Shown here: piece by piece, positions 10,317 to 18,645 of the stretch
Numbering within the stretch: position 1 is the first letter of the stretch
How the letters are laid out: each line of letters opens with the position of its first letter
DNA from: an uncultured Gammaproteobacteria bacterium
GTDB taxonomy: Bacteria > Patescibacteriota > Patescibacteriia > VMEV01 > CAYQCH01
DNA: 64,000 bases
Direction of reading: 5' to 3'
Assembly: GCA_964503955.1 (NCBI GenBank)
Contig: CAZDCG010000001.1
Span: forward strand, 109,804 to 173,803
Made by a program: the position numbers and the translations under genes
The notes under the pieces: generated by a model
Told to the model about the DNA's origin: nothing
Databases searched by the model: none
Seen by the model: only the letters and a program-made list of their open reading frames with translations

Positions 10317-11111
10317 GTGTCCGACAAGAGGCTCCGTGGGCTTGAGCGTCGGTGGAAGGAAAGCGGCAGTATCGAGGATGAGGTTAAACTGCTACAGGAA
10401 CGTGTAAGAATGGGGGATCTCACCCAAGAGCGACTCAGGCTGGCGTCCTATTGCGGCCACCCTGCGTCCCTTGCTGCCCTAAACATGATTGGACCCACCT
10501 CCCCTGATTCTCTCGAAACGCTGGAGGAGTGGTTTAGAGGGCTTGAGGCCTGGGGAATCGAATCCCACTTAAGAGGCAGCCTAGCTGTTACAAAGCTCGT
10601 GTTGCCCTACTTTGAGAGAAGCACCCCGGAAGATCTCCGCCCCCGACAAGCTATCCAGTCTGCTATAGATTGGATCGCCTGTCCGTGTGAAGAGCATGTA
10701 GAGAAGACAAATTCAGCATCCGGAAGGCTGATGAATGATGATTTCTGCGATAGCTGGATTGGCGCCCCACCCCGCTCCAGGCCAGTCGGCATGCAACCTG
10801 GCGAACTGATGCTGATGGCGATATCGGTCAACTGGGAAAACAACATTCCACAAGAGGTCGCTTGTATCGTTTGGGATGTCTCTTATAGCTTTTGTGATGA
10901 CGAGAATCCGCTTGAACGGGTCATCCAAGCCATTAGAAACACACTTCAACTGCTGAACAGGATCAGCAACGAGACCCAAACGGACGCATCATGCAATGTA
11001 CCCATGATTCATGACTCCATCACGCAAGTCCTGACCCCCTGGGCCCTGGGATATCGGGATCCGGTTTTCGAACCAGACTTCCTTCCTCCCCTGCCAAGAG
11101 AAGGGACCTAG
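10317..11111 (+). CDS. Hypothetical protein with an Imm5-like segment
   Basis: GTG start after GAGAAGGGA; LPYFERSTPEDLRPRQAIQSAIDW resembles Imm5-like putative immunity proteins; own TTGACC-17-TATTTA promoter near 10238. Confidence 0.75.
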   Translation: MSDKRLRGLERRWKESGSIEDEVKLLQERVRMGDLTQERLRLASYCGHPASLAALNMIGPTSPDSLETLEEWFRGLEAWGIESHLRGSLAVTKLVLPYFERSTPEDLRPRQAIQSAIDWIACPCEEHVEKTNSASGRLMNDDFCDSWIGAPPRSRPVGMQPGELMLMAISVNWENNIPQEVACIVWDVSYSFCDDENPLERVIQAIRNTLQLLNRISNETQTDASCNVPMIHDSITQVLTPWALGYRDPVFEPDFLPPLPREGT

Positions 11112-11131
11112 CCGCGAGGCGATGGTCCCTT
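11101..11131 (+). repeat. 31-nt GNRA-loop hairpin, copy 1
   Basis: AAGGGACCTAGCCGCGAGGCGATGGTCCCTT. Confidence 0.9.
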
Positions 11132-11201
11132 CCCGACACGAAGCATCAAAGCTGTTTGATGTCTCGTGTCGGACAACGAACAGAGAAAAGGAAGGTAAAT
11201 C

Positions 11202-11513
11202 GTGACAAAAGAACCCGAATTCCACGAAGGACGCCTTGTCCTTGACTTCGATCACTTCTGCCTGGGGCACACCCCTGAACCGCCGGGTTGCTGCCTCAAC
11301 AGCTTTCGGGGTGAAAGGGACGTAGACAAGGTCCTTGGCGTGAAGCAGGAGAACGAGCGGCTTGGACAAGAACTCAAGGCCAAGTACCGTGATTACGAGG
11401 GGACGCTGTTTGACGTGATCATCCGCCCTCATCTCGATGAGCGGACCGGATCAATCCGTTACGCCGTCTATTACGAACACAAGGAGGATAAGCCTGATGT
11501 GGATGATGAGTGA
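11202..11513 (+). CDS. Hypothetical protein (103 aa)
   Basis: GTG start after AAGGAAGG; followed by the repeated hairpin. Confidence 0.7.
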   Translation: MTKEPEFHEGRLVLDFDHFCLGHTPEPPGCCLNSFRGERDVDKVLGVKQENERLGQELKAKYRDYEGTLFDVIIRPHLDERTGSIRYAVYYEHKEDKPDVDDE

Positions 11514-11523
11514 CCCCCTTGCG

Positions 11524-11554
11524 AAGGGACCTAGCCGCAAGGCGATGGTCCCTT
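11524..11554 (+). repeat. 31-nt GNRA-loop hairpin, copy 2
   Basis: AAGGGACCTAGCCGCAAGGCGATGGTCCCTT (1 mismatch to copy 1). Confidence 0.9.
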
Positions 11555-11557
11555 TCT

Positions 11558-11806
11558 TCATTCCTGATAATGTTCAACAAGCAGCCACGTCAGGGTTTCC
11601 GTGTGGAATTCAATTCGGAAAAATTCTGTTTCCGTTGCCAAGGAAAAAAAGAAAATGCGTTCACGGCCGTCAAAGGTAGAATGCACATTGGTCACTTTTG
11701 CAATCGTGTAGGTATGCGCTCCCCACTTGAAGGCCTTTGGCTGAACACGCTCTCCATCAAACACGGCCAGCACCTTCACAGGATCGTGATAATGTTCGTG
11801 AAGCAT
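11558..11806 (-). CDS. Small beta-rich protein of lexA-dinB cassettes (DUF6504-like)
   Basis: PKAFKW..TYTI..V and C-terminal W-L-L pattern; position between lexA and dinB. Confidence 0.7.
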   Translation of the reverse strand: MLHEHYHDPVKVLAVFDGERVQPKAFKWGAHTYTIAKVTNVHSTFDGRERIFFFSLATETEFFRIEFHTETLTWLLVEHYQE

Positions 11807-11814
11807 AATTATTC

Positions 11815-11862
11815 AACAAAAAACACCCAATAATCCTCGACGAAAATTGGATGTTTTTTGTT
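11815..11862 (-). terminator. Intrinsic terminator-like hairpin ending 8 nt before the DUF6504-like start
   Basis: AACAAAAAACATCCAAT...ATTGGGTGTTTTTTGTT on the minus strand. Confidence 0.7.
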
Positions 11863-11865
11863 TTA

Positions 11866-12386
11866 CCTGTCGGAAAAGCAGGGTACAGATCTAAACGAGA
11901 AAAGAACACACTTTGAAGGGAAAGGAATTCCACTGGTTCTTAAAAGAACCTTATTCGCCCGGGAAGGGCGAGCCGGCATAACCAGACGACACTGTATTCC
12001 ATACCCATGCACCGATGTGACCGGATATGAGAATCAATAAATGTCTTTGGATATCATCTCATCTTAGCCGTCCCCGCATAAGAAAAGACGATGTTTTTAC
12101 GCCAGCACAGAGCAATTTTGATGTGAAGGATCTGTAACCCTGCCCTGCCGGCAGGAAGCAGGAATTAGTGCGACAGAGCGTAGACCATGACGCGATCAAG
12201 CATACGTCCCATTACACGACGATAGAGCGACTTTCTTTTTCTTCGTGACATATTTGTTTTTGCGCCCGCAGAGGCAAGGAAGCATCATTTCCACGCCGCA
12301 CAGTCGTATGACTCTAGTGCTGGCGGGTCACCCCCTATTTTGTGAAATAAGGATGGCGAAATCAGGACCTGCTTACCTCTGACAGG
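11866..12386 (-). ncRNA. Putative large structured RNA/leader downstream of lexA
   Basis: Complementary segments: 12368-12386 with 11866-11882 or 12144-12162; 12129-12143 with 11878-11891; 12312-12325 with 12100-12112. Confidence 0.55.
12165..12251 (-). CDS. 28-aa cationic amphipathic peptide MSRRKRKSLYRRVMGRMLDRVMVYALSH
   Basis: Manual translation; A-rich AAAAACAAAT-ATG context like the core genes; below the ORF-track cutoff. Confidence 0.5.
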   Translation of the reverse strand: MSRRKRKSLYRRVMGRMLDRVMVYALSH

Positions 12387-12417
12387 CTTTTTATTTAATA
12401 AGAGTTAATAAGTTGTG

Positions 12418-13038
12418 TTAGATACCCAGCGGAGAAAATGTACGGATCAGTCCTTTGACCACGCCTTGGATAATCGGATCTTTGACGTAAATAGGCTGCA
12501 TGGTGGAATTGGCTGGCTGTAAACGGATTTTGTTCTGTTCCCGGTAAAATCGTTTCAATGTGGCGTAGGTATTATCAAGCAGGGCAACAACAATATCTCC
12601 GTTTCGAGGACTTGGATTGCGCTGGACGATGACATAATCGCCGTCAAGAATTCCGTCTTCAATCATGGACTCTCCTTTCACCTTCAGGACATACGAATTC
12701 GCAGGATCGTCAACCAGAGTAATTGGCACACCAATTGTTTCTCTGGTTTCAACCGCTTCAATAGGTGAACCGGCAGTAATCAAACCGACAAGAGGAAGAG
12801 TAACCGCCTGAGGAGCAGGAAGACATTTCGCTGTTAATTCGATAGAACGAGCTTCATTGCTGGTTGTGATATACCCTTTCTCTTCAAGCGCCTTCATGTA
12901 CTGATGGATGCTGGCTGGTGAAGAAAGATCAAAAGCGTCAGCGATTTCTCGATAAGACGGCATATAGCCGTAGTCTGCAGAGAACTGCATGAGAAAGTCG
13001 AGAATCTGCTTTTGCTTTTTGGTTAAACTTTCGTTCAT
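12418..13038 (-). CDS. lexA: SOS repressor LexA
   Basis: LTKKQ..PSYREIA wHTH, Ala-Gly cleavage site (ITAGSP), GESM serine, TLKR lysine. Confidence 0.97.
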   Translation of the reverse strand: MNESLTKKQKQILDFLMQFSADYGYMPSYREIADAFDLSSPASIHQYMKALEEKGYITTSNEARSIELTAKCLPAPQAVTLPLVGLITAGSPIEAVETRETIGVPITLVDDPANSYVLKVKGESMIEDGILDGDYVIVQRNPSPRNGDIVVALLDNTYATLKRFYREQNKIRLQPANSTMQPIYVKDPIIQGVVKGLIRTFSPLGI

Positions 13039-13063
13039 ATGAGAAGTTGTAAATGATGGTGGG

Positions 13064-13157
13064 TACGAATTACGAATTTACAAATTTCTTTTTAGTATCT
13101 TTTCGTTTAATAAGAAGCTTGTCTTATTTGTAAATTTGTATCAGATTTGTAATTTGC
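13064..13157. repeat. Family D palindromic element in the lexA 5' UTR
   Basis: TACGAATTACGAATTTACAAAT...ATTTGTAAATTTGTATCAGATTTGTAATTTG. Confidence 0.7.
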
Positions 13158-13182
13158 ACCTTCTGCGATTCGTGATGTTTGT

Positions 13183-13211
13183 ATTGTATACGAACAAAAC
13201 ACGAACGTCAA
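13183..13211 (-). promoter_or_regulatory. lexA promoter with an embedded LexA box
   Basis: TTGACG-17-TACAAT; GTTC-N7-GTTC (13192-13206) fills the spacer and touches the -35. Confidence 0.85.
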
Positions 13212-13243
13212 GTGTTGCCATAATTAGCTAAAATCGGAGATTT

Positions 13244-13258
13244 GTTCATATCTTGTTC
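13244..13258 (+). promoter_or_regulatory. Second putative LexA box, opposite orientation
   Basis: GTTC-ATATCTT-GTTC. Confidence 0.65.
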
Positions 13259-13396
13259 GCTTTATCCACAGGTTAAGATCTTTTCCTTTTAAGGGCCAAG
13301 AGAGGTACGGCAAATCTGGCCATCGAGAACTCCCCCAAGAACATCTATCCTTTATCCAAATCCTTCTCCCCCCTCTTTTCTAGAGGGGGTGGAGGA

Positions 13397-13470
13397 ACAA
13401 ACTCCTTCCCCCTAGAAAAGGGGACTGAATAAAGCGTGGAGTAAGAGAAAACATAGCAAGGGGGTTCTTG
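13397..13470 (-). repeat. ~75-nt dispersed repeat, copy 1
   Basis: CAAGAACCCCCTT-N19-CACGCTTTAT-NN-AGTCCC-CTTTTCTAGGGGGAAG matches 21119-21193. Confidence 0.8.
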
Positions 13471-13541
13471 CGAACGTCCATACCCGTCGTCTGAAAATCT
13501 GTGCGTCTTAAACGTCTAACAAGTTTGTGCGTCTATAAAAC

Positions 13542-13572
13542 AAAACGCCCTGGTTTTTGCCAAGGGCGTTTT
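13542..13572 (-). terminator. Intrinsic terminator
   Basis: AAAACGCCCT...AGGGCGTTTT. Confidence 0.7.
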
Positions 13573-13588
13573 TCATAGGTGTTTTGTG

Positions 13589-13852
13589 TTACATCTGCTG
13601 CCCCATGCTCTCTTCTTTCTTTTCCGGACCGCAGCAGCTTGCCATGCACTTCTTACATTTGCAGCCGAAAATAGACAGGATACCAGCCAAACCAACGAGA
13701 ACGTAGACAACACGTTCTACAGCCGGCCAGGAACCGAGCAGCCACATAACGGCGTTAAATTCGAAGGCTCCAACAAGCCCCCAGTTGAGCGCACCAATGA
13801 TTACCAACGTCATGGCAATCATATGAACCGTGCATCCTTTTCTCATCATCAT
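13589..13852 (-). CDS. DUF378-family membrane protein with a Cys-rich tail
   Basis: LVIIGALNWGLVG and VYVLVGLAG motifs. Confidence 0.85.
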   Translation of the reverse strand: MMMRKGCTVHMIAMTLVIIGALNWGLVGAFEFNAVMWLLGSWPAVERVVYVLVGLAGILSIFGCKCKKCMASCCGPEKKEESMGQQM

Positions 13853-14021
13853 AGGATTGAAAATGAATTTAATAGTAAAAGGATTCTTCCCTAAGTATAG
13901 AGGAAATCCAGGAGCGAGGGCAATAAATTTGTCAATAATTGTGTTAAACGTCAGCGAGCCGGCAGAACAGACAGACCTGTTGGGTCTGAACGTCCTGCCG
14001 GCTCGGCATGGAACTTGTGCC

Positions 14022-15650
14022 CTACTGCATGTAGGGCGTGAACTTGTCGAGCCAGGGATTGGCTCCGAAGTTCACACGCACCCACATCCCCTCATTACCA
14101 CCGTTGGAACCGTACCAGACGGACTGGTTGATGTCCTGTGGGTAAACCCAGTTGGACCTGTTCGTGGTTCCGTCATGGAACCCGACCCACTGAAACACGG
14201 GGATGTTGAAACTGCCCGTGTACTCGACTAGGTGCAGCCCCCACATGTCACCGAACTCATCGGGGAACACCTTCATTGTGGACGTACTGCCTGGGCTGTT
14301 GTACAGGGTGTACGGTGCCCCGGCCCAGGTAGGCTTGCTGATATCCAGCTGGTTCGTGCCGTTGCGGATGCAGTACCGCAGAGCCACGAGGACGGGCACG
14401 ACTCGCTTGCCCGTAGCCGCATCGAGGTAAGGTTCGCCCAGCCGCGTATGCGTATCCACGAACATCCGGGTGGTCCCATTGTCCGTGAATTCGCTCTGCA
14501 GCGGGTTGCCCATCACCACACGTCCCTGGAAGTCCACCGAGTTGCCGTTGTAGGTGGCCACCACGGTGAACGGACCTTCGATGCTAGCCGCCTTGTTCTC
14601 CGGAACCACGAGACGCCACAGCTGCCCGGCTTGGTTATTCACGAGCAGAACCCGATCCGTTCCGCTGGTGATCTGCAGGCTCAGATTGCCGTTGGCCGTG
14701 ACCTCGGTGAAGTCCGTGCCGTTGTAGGCCCAGACCCGGATCTCGCTCCACTCGCCCGGGCTCATGAACGCCCGCATCGAGATGAAGAGGGCGTTGGCCG
14801 GCGGGTCGTCCCCAGTCGAGGCGATCGACACGTCCGAAGACATGGTCACCCCGTTGGGCCGCTCATTGGTGTCGGTGAGGCCGATGATCATCGGTCCGGG
14901 AGCCCAGGCGCGGATGTTGGTCGAGATGTTCTTGTCACGGAACATCACGCGACCGATGGCATCGACCACAACCTTGCCGTCCTCGAACATCTGCCGATCG
15001 GCAACCAGGAAGCGGATCAGGTTCACGTCATTCGTGTTCCCGCCCGTCGCCAGGTTGATCGACCGGTCGAGCTGGTTGGACCAGACACCGACATCCACGT
15101 TGCCGCCGCTATTGGTCAGCGTGATCGATGTGGCCAACTGGTTGCTCGCGTACTTGTTCCCTCCCGTCTGACCGGGATTGGATCCGGACGGAGGAGGAGG
15201 CGGAGGTGTGCCCACGACTTCGATGGCGTCGGCGAAGGTCTTCGTCACGGTCGCGCCGTTCTTGGTCGCCTGCACCGTCAGGTCGGACTTGCCCGTATTC
15301 CCGGTATTCGCCGAGAACAGGCCGTTCTGAGTGATGGAACCGATACCCGTATTGACGAGCGTGTAGACCACCTCGCTGGCCTCGAAGGTGACGAACGTGC
15401 CGTCCTTGAGCTTACCACGCGCGTTGATCTGCTGCTGGTTGCCCTTCACCACCACGGTGTTGGCCACCACGAGCTCGACGGAGTCGAGAGGGCTCTTGCT
15501 GCCCGTATTGGTGTTGTTGCTCCCCGAGTTGTTCGGGGGCGTCATGGGCTGCAGATCGCCCTTGCGGCGCTTGGAGCAGCCGGCGACGAGCATGCCCGCC
15601 ATCAACAGGATCGCGGCACTCACCACGAGGTTGAATCTGAAGAACTGCAT
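14022..15650 (-). CDS. Lipoprotein with Ig-like/beta-rich domains
   Basis: SD AGGAGG before ATG 15650; lipobox LVAG-C; Asn/Pro-rich linkers; Big2-like segment (QQQINARG...GLFSA); high GC3. Confidence 0.8.
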   Translation of the reverse strand: MQFFRFNLVVSAAILLMAGMLVAGCSKRRKGDLQPMTPPNNSGSNNTNTGSKSPLDSVELVVANTVVVKGNQQQINARGKLKDGTFVTFEASEVVYTLVNTGIGSITQNGLFSANTGNTGKSDLTVQATKNGATVTKTFADAIEVVGTPPPPPPSGSNPGQTGGNKYASNQLATSITLTNSGGNVDVGVWSNQLDRSINLATGGNTNDVNLIRFLVADRQMFEDGKVVVDAIGRVMFRDKNISTNIRAWAPGPMIIGLTDTNERPNGVTMSSDVSIASTGDDPPANALFISMRAFMSPGEWSEIRVWAYNGTDFTEVTANGNLSLQITSGTDRVLLVNNQAGQLWRLVVPENKAASIEGPFTVVATYNGNSVDFQGRVVMGNPLQSEFTDNGTTRMFVDTHTRLGEPYLDAATGKRVVPVLVALRYCIRNGTNQLDISKPTWAGAPYTLYNSPGSTSTMKVFPDEFGDMWGLHLVEYTGSFNIPVFQWVGFHDGTTNRSNWVYPQDINQSVWYGSNGGNEGMWVRVNFGANPWLDKFTPYMQ

Positions 15651-15774
15651 ACATCCCTCCTGGAAGCGGGCCGAACGAAAAATCCCCCGGCCGGACCGGC
15701 CGAAAGGATTTCCCCTGAGATATCCATACCACCCTCTGCCCCACAAATGGCAAAGCTGATGGATGGAACATGGC

Positions 15775-15803
15775 AAATTAGCAAAAAAGAGAGATTTTGT
15801 CAA
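15775..15803 (-). promoter_or_regulatory. sigma70-type promoter of the lipoprotein gene
   Basis: TTGACA-17-TAATTT with extended TG. Confidence 0.6.
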
Positions 15804-15814
15804 GAGACTAAAAA

Positions 15815-15872
15815 TGTCGGGCGCGGGGCTCTGTCCCCGCCCGACTGATCGCAAACAGAGCCTGCGACCGAC
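15815..15872 (+). repeat. REP-like doublet, copy 2 of 3
   Basis: TGTCGGGCGCGGGGCTCTGTCCCCGCCCGAC...TCGCAAACAGAGCCTGCGACCGAC. Confidence 0.8.
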
Positions 15873-15896
15873 ACTATTTTAATGTTTGGAGCCAGT

Positions 15897-17045
15897 CTAA
15901 CCCCTAGCCGCTTTCATCACAGCCTTAGCTACTTTTTCGGCAATCCCCTTTTGGAGCGGGTTTGGAATGATCAGCGACGGACTCGGCTTTTTCACCGCCT
16001 TTGCCAAAGCATGCGCGGCAGCGACTTTCATCTCTTCCGTGATCTGCTTGGCCCTGATATCTAGAGCACCGCGGAAAATCCCTGGAAATGCCAGTACATT
16101 GTTTACCTGATTAGGAAAATCGCTGCGGCCTGTTGCCACCACTCTGGCTCCGGCCTTTTTGGCCAGATCTGGCATAATTTCAGGAATCGGGTTTGCAAGA
16201 GCAAAGATAATCGAATTCTTATTCATGGAGCGCACCATGGTTTGCGACAGAATATTTCCTTTGCTGACACCAATAAACACGTCGCGTCCAGCCAGCGCCT
16301 CGGCCAGCCCCCCTTTGATATCTTCGTTATTTGTTATATTGAGCAGTTGTTTTTTCACAGCAGAAAGATCTTTGCGTCCGCGATGAATGATCCCCTGGCT
16401 GTCGACAAGCACAATATCTCTGGCTCCCTGGCTATGCAGCAATCTGGTAATCGCCACGCCGGCGGCTCCAACGCCATTGATCACAAAGCGCGTCTCTTCC
16501 ATTCTCCGTTTTGTGATCTTAAGCGCATTGATCAGCCCGGCATATACCACAATAGCCGTTCCATGCTGGTCATCATGAAAGACGGGAATATCAAGCTGCT
16601 TTTTCAACTCTTCTTCAATGTAAAAACAATTTGGCGCGCCGATATCCTCCAGGTTAATGCCGCCAAAGGTTGGGGCGAGCGCTTTGACGATCGCGATGAC
16701 TTCGTCTGGGTTCTGGGTATTTAAGCAAAGGGGAAACGCGTCCACGTCTGCAAATTCCTTAAACAAAACGGCTTTCCCTTCCATCACCGGCAAAGCAGCT
16801 TCGGGCCCGATATTGCCAAGTCCAAGCACCGAAGAACCGTCGCTGACAACGGCAACCCAGTTCCGGCGAGAGGTATACTGCCATACATCCTCTTTTTTTT
16901 CGGCGATGGCTGAAGAAACAGCTCCCACGCCGGGAGTGTACATGAGAGACAAATCCTTTTTCGTCTTGATCGGTGCTTTCGGCGCAAGAGCGATTTTTCC
17001 CTTAAGCTTCTTATGCAGCTTCTTGGATTCTGAAGCAAAGTTCAT
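15897..17045 (-). CDS. NAD(P)-dependent malic enzyme
   Basis: YTPGV, GLGNIGPEAALPVMEGKAVLFK, NLEDI, HDDQHGTA, TGRSDFPNQVNN. Confidence 0.95.
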   Translation of the reverse strand: MNFASESKKLHKKLKGKIALAPKAPIKTKKDLSLMYTPGVGAVSSAIAEKKEDVWQYTSRRNWVAVVSDGSSVLGLGNIGPEAALPVMEGKAVLFKEFADVDAFPLCLNTQNPDEVIAIVKALAPTFGGINLEDIGAPNCFYIEEELKKQLDIPVFHDDQHGTAIVVYAGLINALKITKRRMEETRFVINGVGAAGVAITRLLHSQGARDIVLVDSQGIIHRGRKDLSAVKKQLLNITNNEDIKGGLAEALAGRDVFIGVSKGNILSQTMVRSMNKNSIIFALANPIPEIMPDLAKKAGARVVATGRSDFPNQVNNVLAFPGIFRGALDIRAKQITEEMKVAAAHALAKAVKKPSPSLIIPNPLQKGIAEKVAKAVMKAARG

Positions 17046-17118
17046 ACAGCAAATGTTTTTCAGTGGATAAAAAAACTGCCCACAGCATAGCACAGTTAAA
17101 AAATAATGCACTTAGCGT

Positions 17119-17580
17119 CTATCGATTCTGCGGACGATTATAGCGGCCCATGAGCTCAGCCCTCGCAAGCACCTTGCCTTGCATTGCAATTTCCACGTCT
17201 TTTTTCGACGCGGTTGGCGGTAGATCAAGCTCTTCGCTGAGAGCATAGAGCCTGAAATAGTAGCGATGCTCACGATCCGGCGGGCAAGGACCAACATAGC
17301 CGCGGCTGCCTGAAGTATTCTTACCAATAACGCCTTGCGGTTCTTTCCCCTCTTCAATAAAGGTTGTTGATGGTGGAATATTCCAGACAAGCCAATGATC
17401 AAACATCTGATCGGCACGAACATGCGCGGGAACATCCGGATCATCCATGATCAAAATCAGCGATTTTGCCCCTTCGGGAATCCCTTGAATCCGCAGCGGC
17501 GGATTGATATTCTGCCCGTCGCAGGTAAATCGCTCCGGAATCTCTCCTTCATGCTGAAAAAACTCGCAGGTCAACTGCAT
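17119..17580 (-). CDS. YbhB/YbcL (PEBP) family protein
   Basis: DDPDVP, FDHWLVWNIP, YVGPCPP..HRYYFRLYAL. Confidence 0.93.
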   Translation of the reverse strand: MQLTCEFFQHEGEIPERFTCDGQNINPPLRIQGIPEGAKSLILIMDDPDVPAHVRADQMFDHWLVWNIPPSTTFIEEGKEPQGVIGKNTSGSRGYVGPCPPDREHRYYFRLYALSEELDLPPTASKKDVEIAMQGKVLARAELMGRYNRPQNR

Positions 17581-17586
17581 AAAGCC

Positions 17587-17649
17587 GGTTAACGAGTTAA
17601 CGGGTTCACGGCCTAACGCATTAACAAGACAACTCGTTAACCCGTGAAC
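17587..17649. repeat. Short-period palindromic element, family B (GTTAAC, 8-nt period)
   Basis: GTTAACGAGTTAACGGGTTCACGG...AACTCGTTAACCCGTGAAC. Confidence 0.8.
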
Positions 17650-17660
17650 ATGTATTCATA

Positions 17661-18167
17661 CTAGTACACCACCGGCGGCCTTTCGATTACCGGAAGCTGA
17701 TCCTTTTTCATGCGCTCGAATTCTTCTTCATCAATTTTCCAAGTGAAACACTGATCCCCCCCCTCATGCGAGAAATTGTCCCCTTTCGCCAGATAGTGCG
17801 GGTAGCCGTAATATTCCCTATTCTCTTCTGATGGCAAAGCAAAGGTGGCGCAGAGTTGAAACTCAAGCCGGCCAAGCGGCTTATATTCGTAGAGTTCGTC
17901 TGTGAGCGGATCTTTTGGCAGCTCCCTGAAATACTCCTCTTCAAGCGATGCAAGCTGCTCAGGCAATGCCCCTTCTTTCTGCCAATAATTGACAATTTGG
18001 TTTTGCAGCTGCGACAAATCCTCCACGCGATGATTGTCGATGCGGCGCAGCCTTTGCTGAGCCGGCGAACCGATTACCGTAAAAGCAACCACGGCAAAGC
18101 CTGCGATAACAAGCACAATGAGAGCAATAAAGAGTTGGAGTTTTTTATGCCGCATATGCTTTTTCAT
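17661..18167 (-). CDS. Membrane-anchored hypothetical protein (DUF5671 partner)
   Basis: N-terminal TM helix, GSP..QR..RID..RVEDL, DPLT..YEY, FQLCATF. Confidence 0.8.
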   Translation of the reverse strand: MKKHMRHKKLQLFIALIVLVIAGFAVVAFTVIGSPAQQRLRRIDNHRVEDLSQLQNQIVNYWQKEGALPEQLASLEEEYFRELPKDPLTDELYEYKPLGRLEFQLCATFALPSEENREYYGYPHYLAKGDNFSHEGGDQCFTWKIDEEEFERMKKDQLPVIERPPVVY

Positions 18168-18621
18168 CCCAAAGATAATAACCAAAGATGGAACCGGCAA
18201 CGAACAGAACCGTCAGCAGCTTGAGAATGAAGCGCAAAGTCACTTCACCATTCAAAAACGTATTTACCAACACCACAAGACTTCCGATAATAATCACCGC
18301 CGCGACAAAGAGTGTGAAATACACAAGCCAGCGGCGAATCCATAGCTTGCGGCGTTCTTTATCTTTTTTATAAGACTTGGCAAGCGCCCAGGCGGTAAAA
18401 AGGTACACAGGAAAAACAATAATTAGAAAAGAAAGCCCGCCTCGAATCAGCCCTCTGGCGGATTCTTCCGAATAATAGCGCTCAAGAACATCCGGAATCC
18501 ACAAATTTACCAGCTGGAAAATAATCACTGTAAAACTGATCGCGCTCGCGTAAAGCGTGAGCATGGAAAGCAAATGCAGAAAAAAATCCTTGGGCGTCAC
18601 TCTTGGGCTATTATCCGCCAT
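18145..18621 (-). CDS. DUF5671-like membrane protein
   Basis: PKDFFLHL start, 4 TM helices, RRWLVYFTLF motif. Confidence 0.8.
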   Translation of the reverse strand: MADNSPRVTPKDFFLHLLSMLTLYASAISFTVIIFQLVNLWIPDVLERYYSEESARGLIRGGLSFLIIVFPVYLFTAWALAKSYKKDKERRKLWIRRWLVYFTLFVAAVIIIGSLVVLVNTFLNGEVTLRFILKLLTVLFVAGSIFGYYLWDEKAYAA

Positions 18622-18645
18622 ACAAAAAAGTTTAAAGATTAAACC

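Noticed and set aside
11101-11554. 31-nt hairpins as integron attC sites
   Set aside because: No RYYYAAC/GTTRRRY core sites, too short, and no integrase
11858-12040. 60-aa plus-strand ORF (and the 173-aa ORF at 56285)
   Set aside because: No initiation signal or protein-like features; they overlap structured RNA or lie antisense to rmuC
13262-13270. oriC
   Set aside because: A single perfect DnaA box with no cluster and no dnaA nearby
14232-15848. 538-aa plus-strand ORF
   Set aside because: Antisense shadow of the GC3-rich lipoprotein gene; composition is not protein-like
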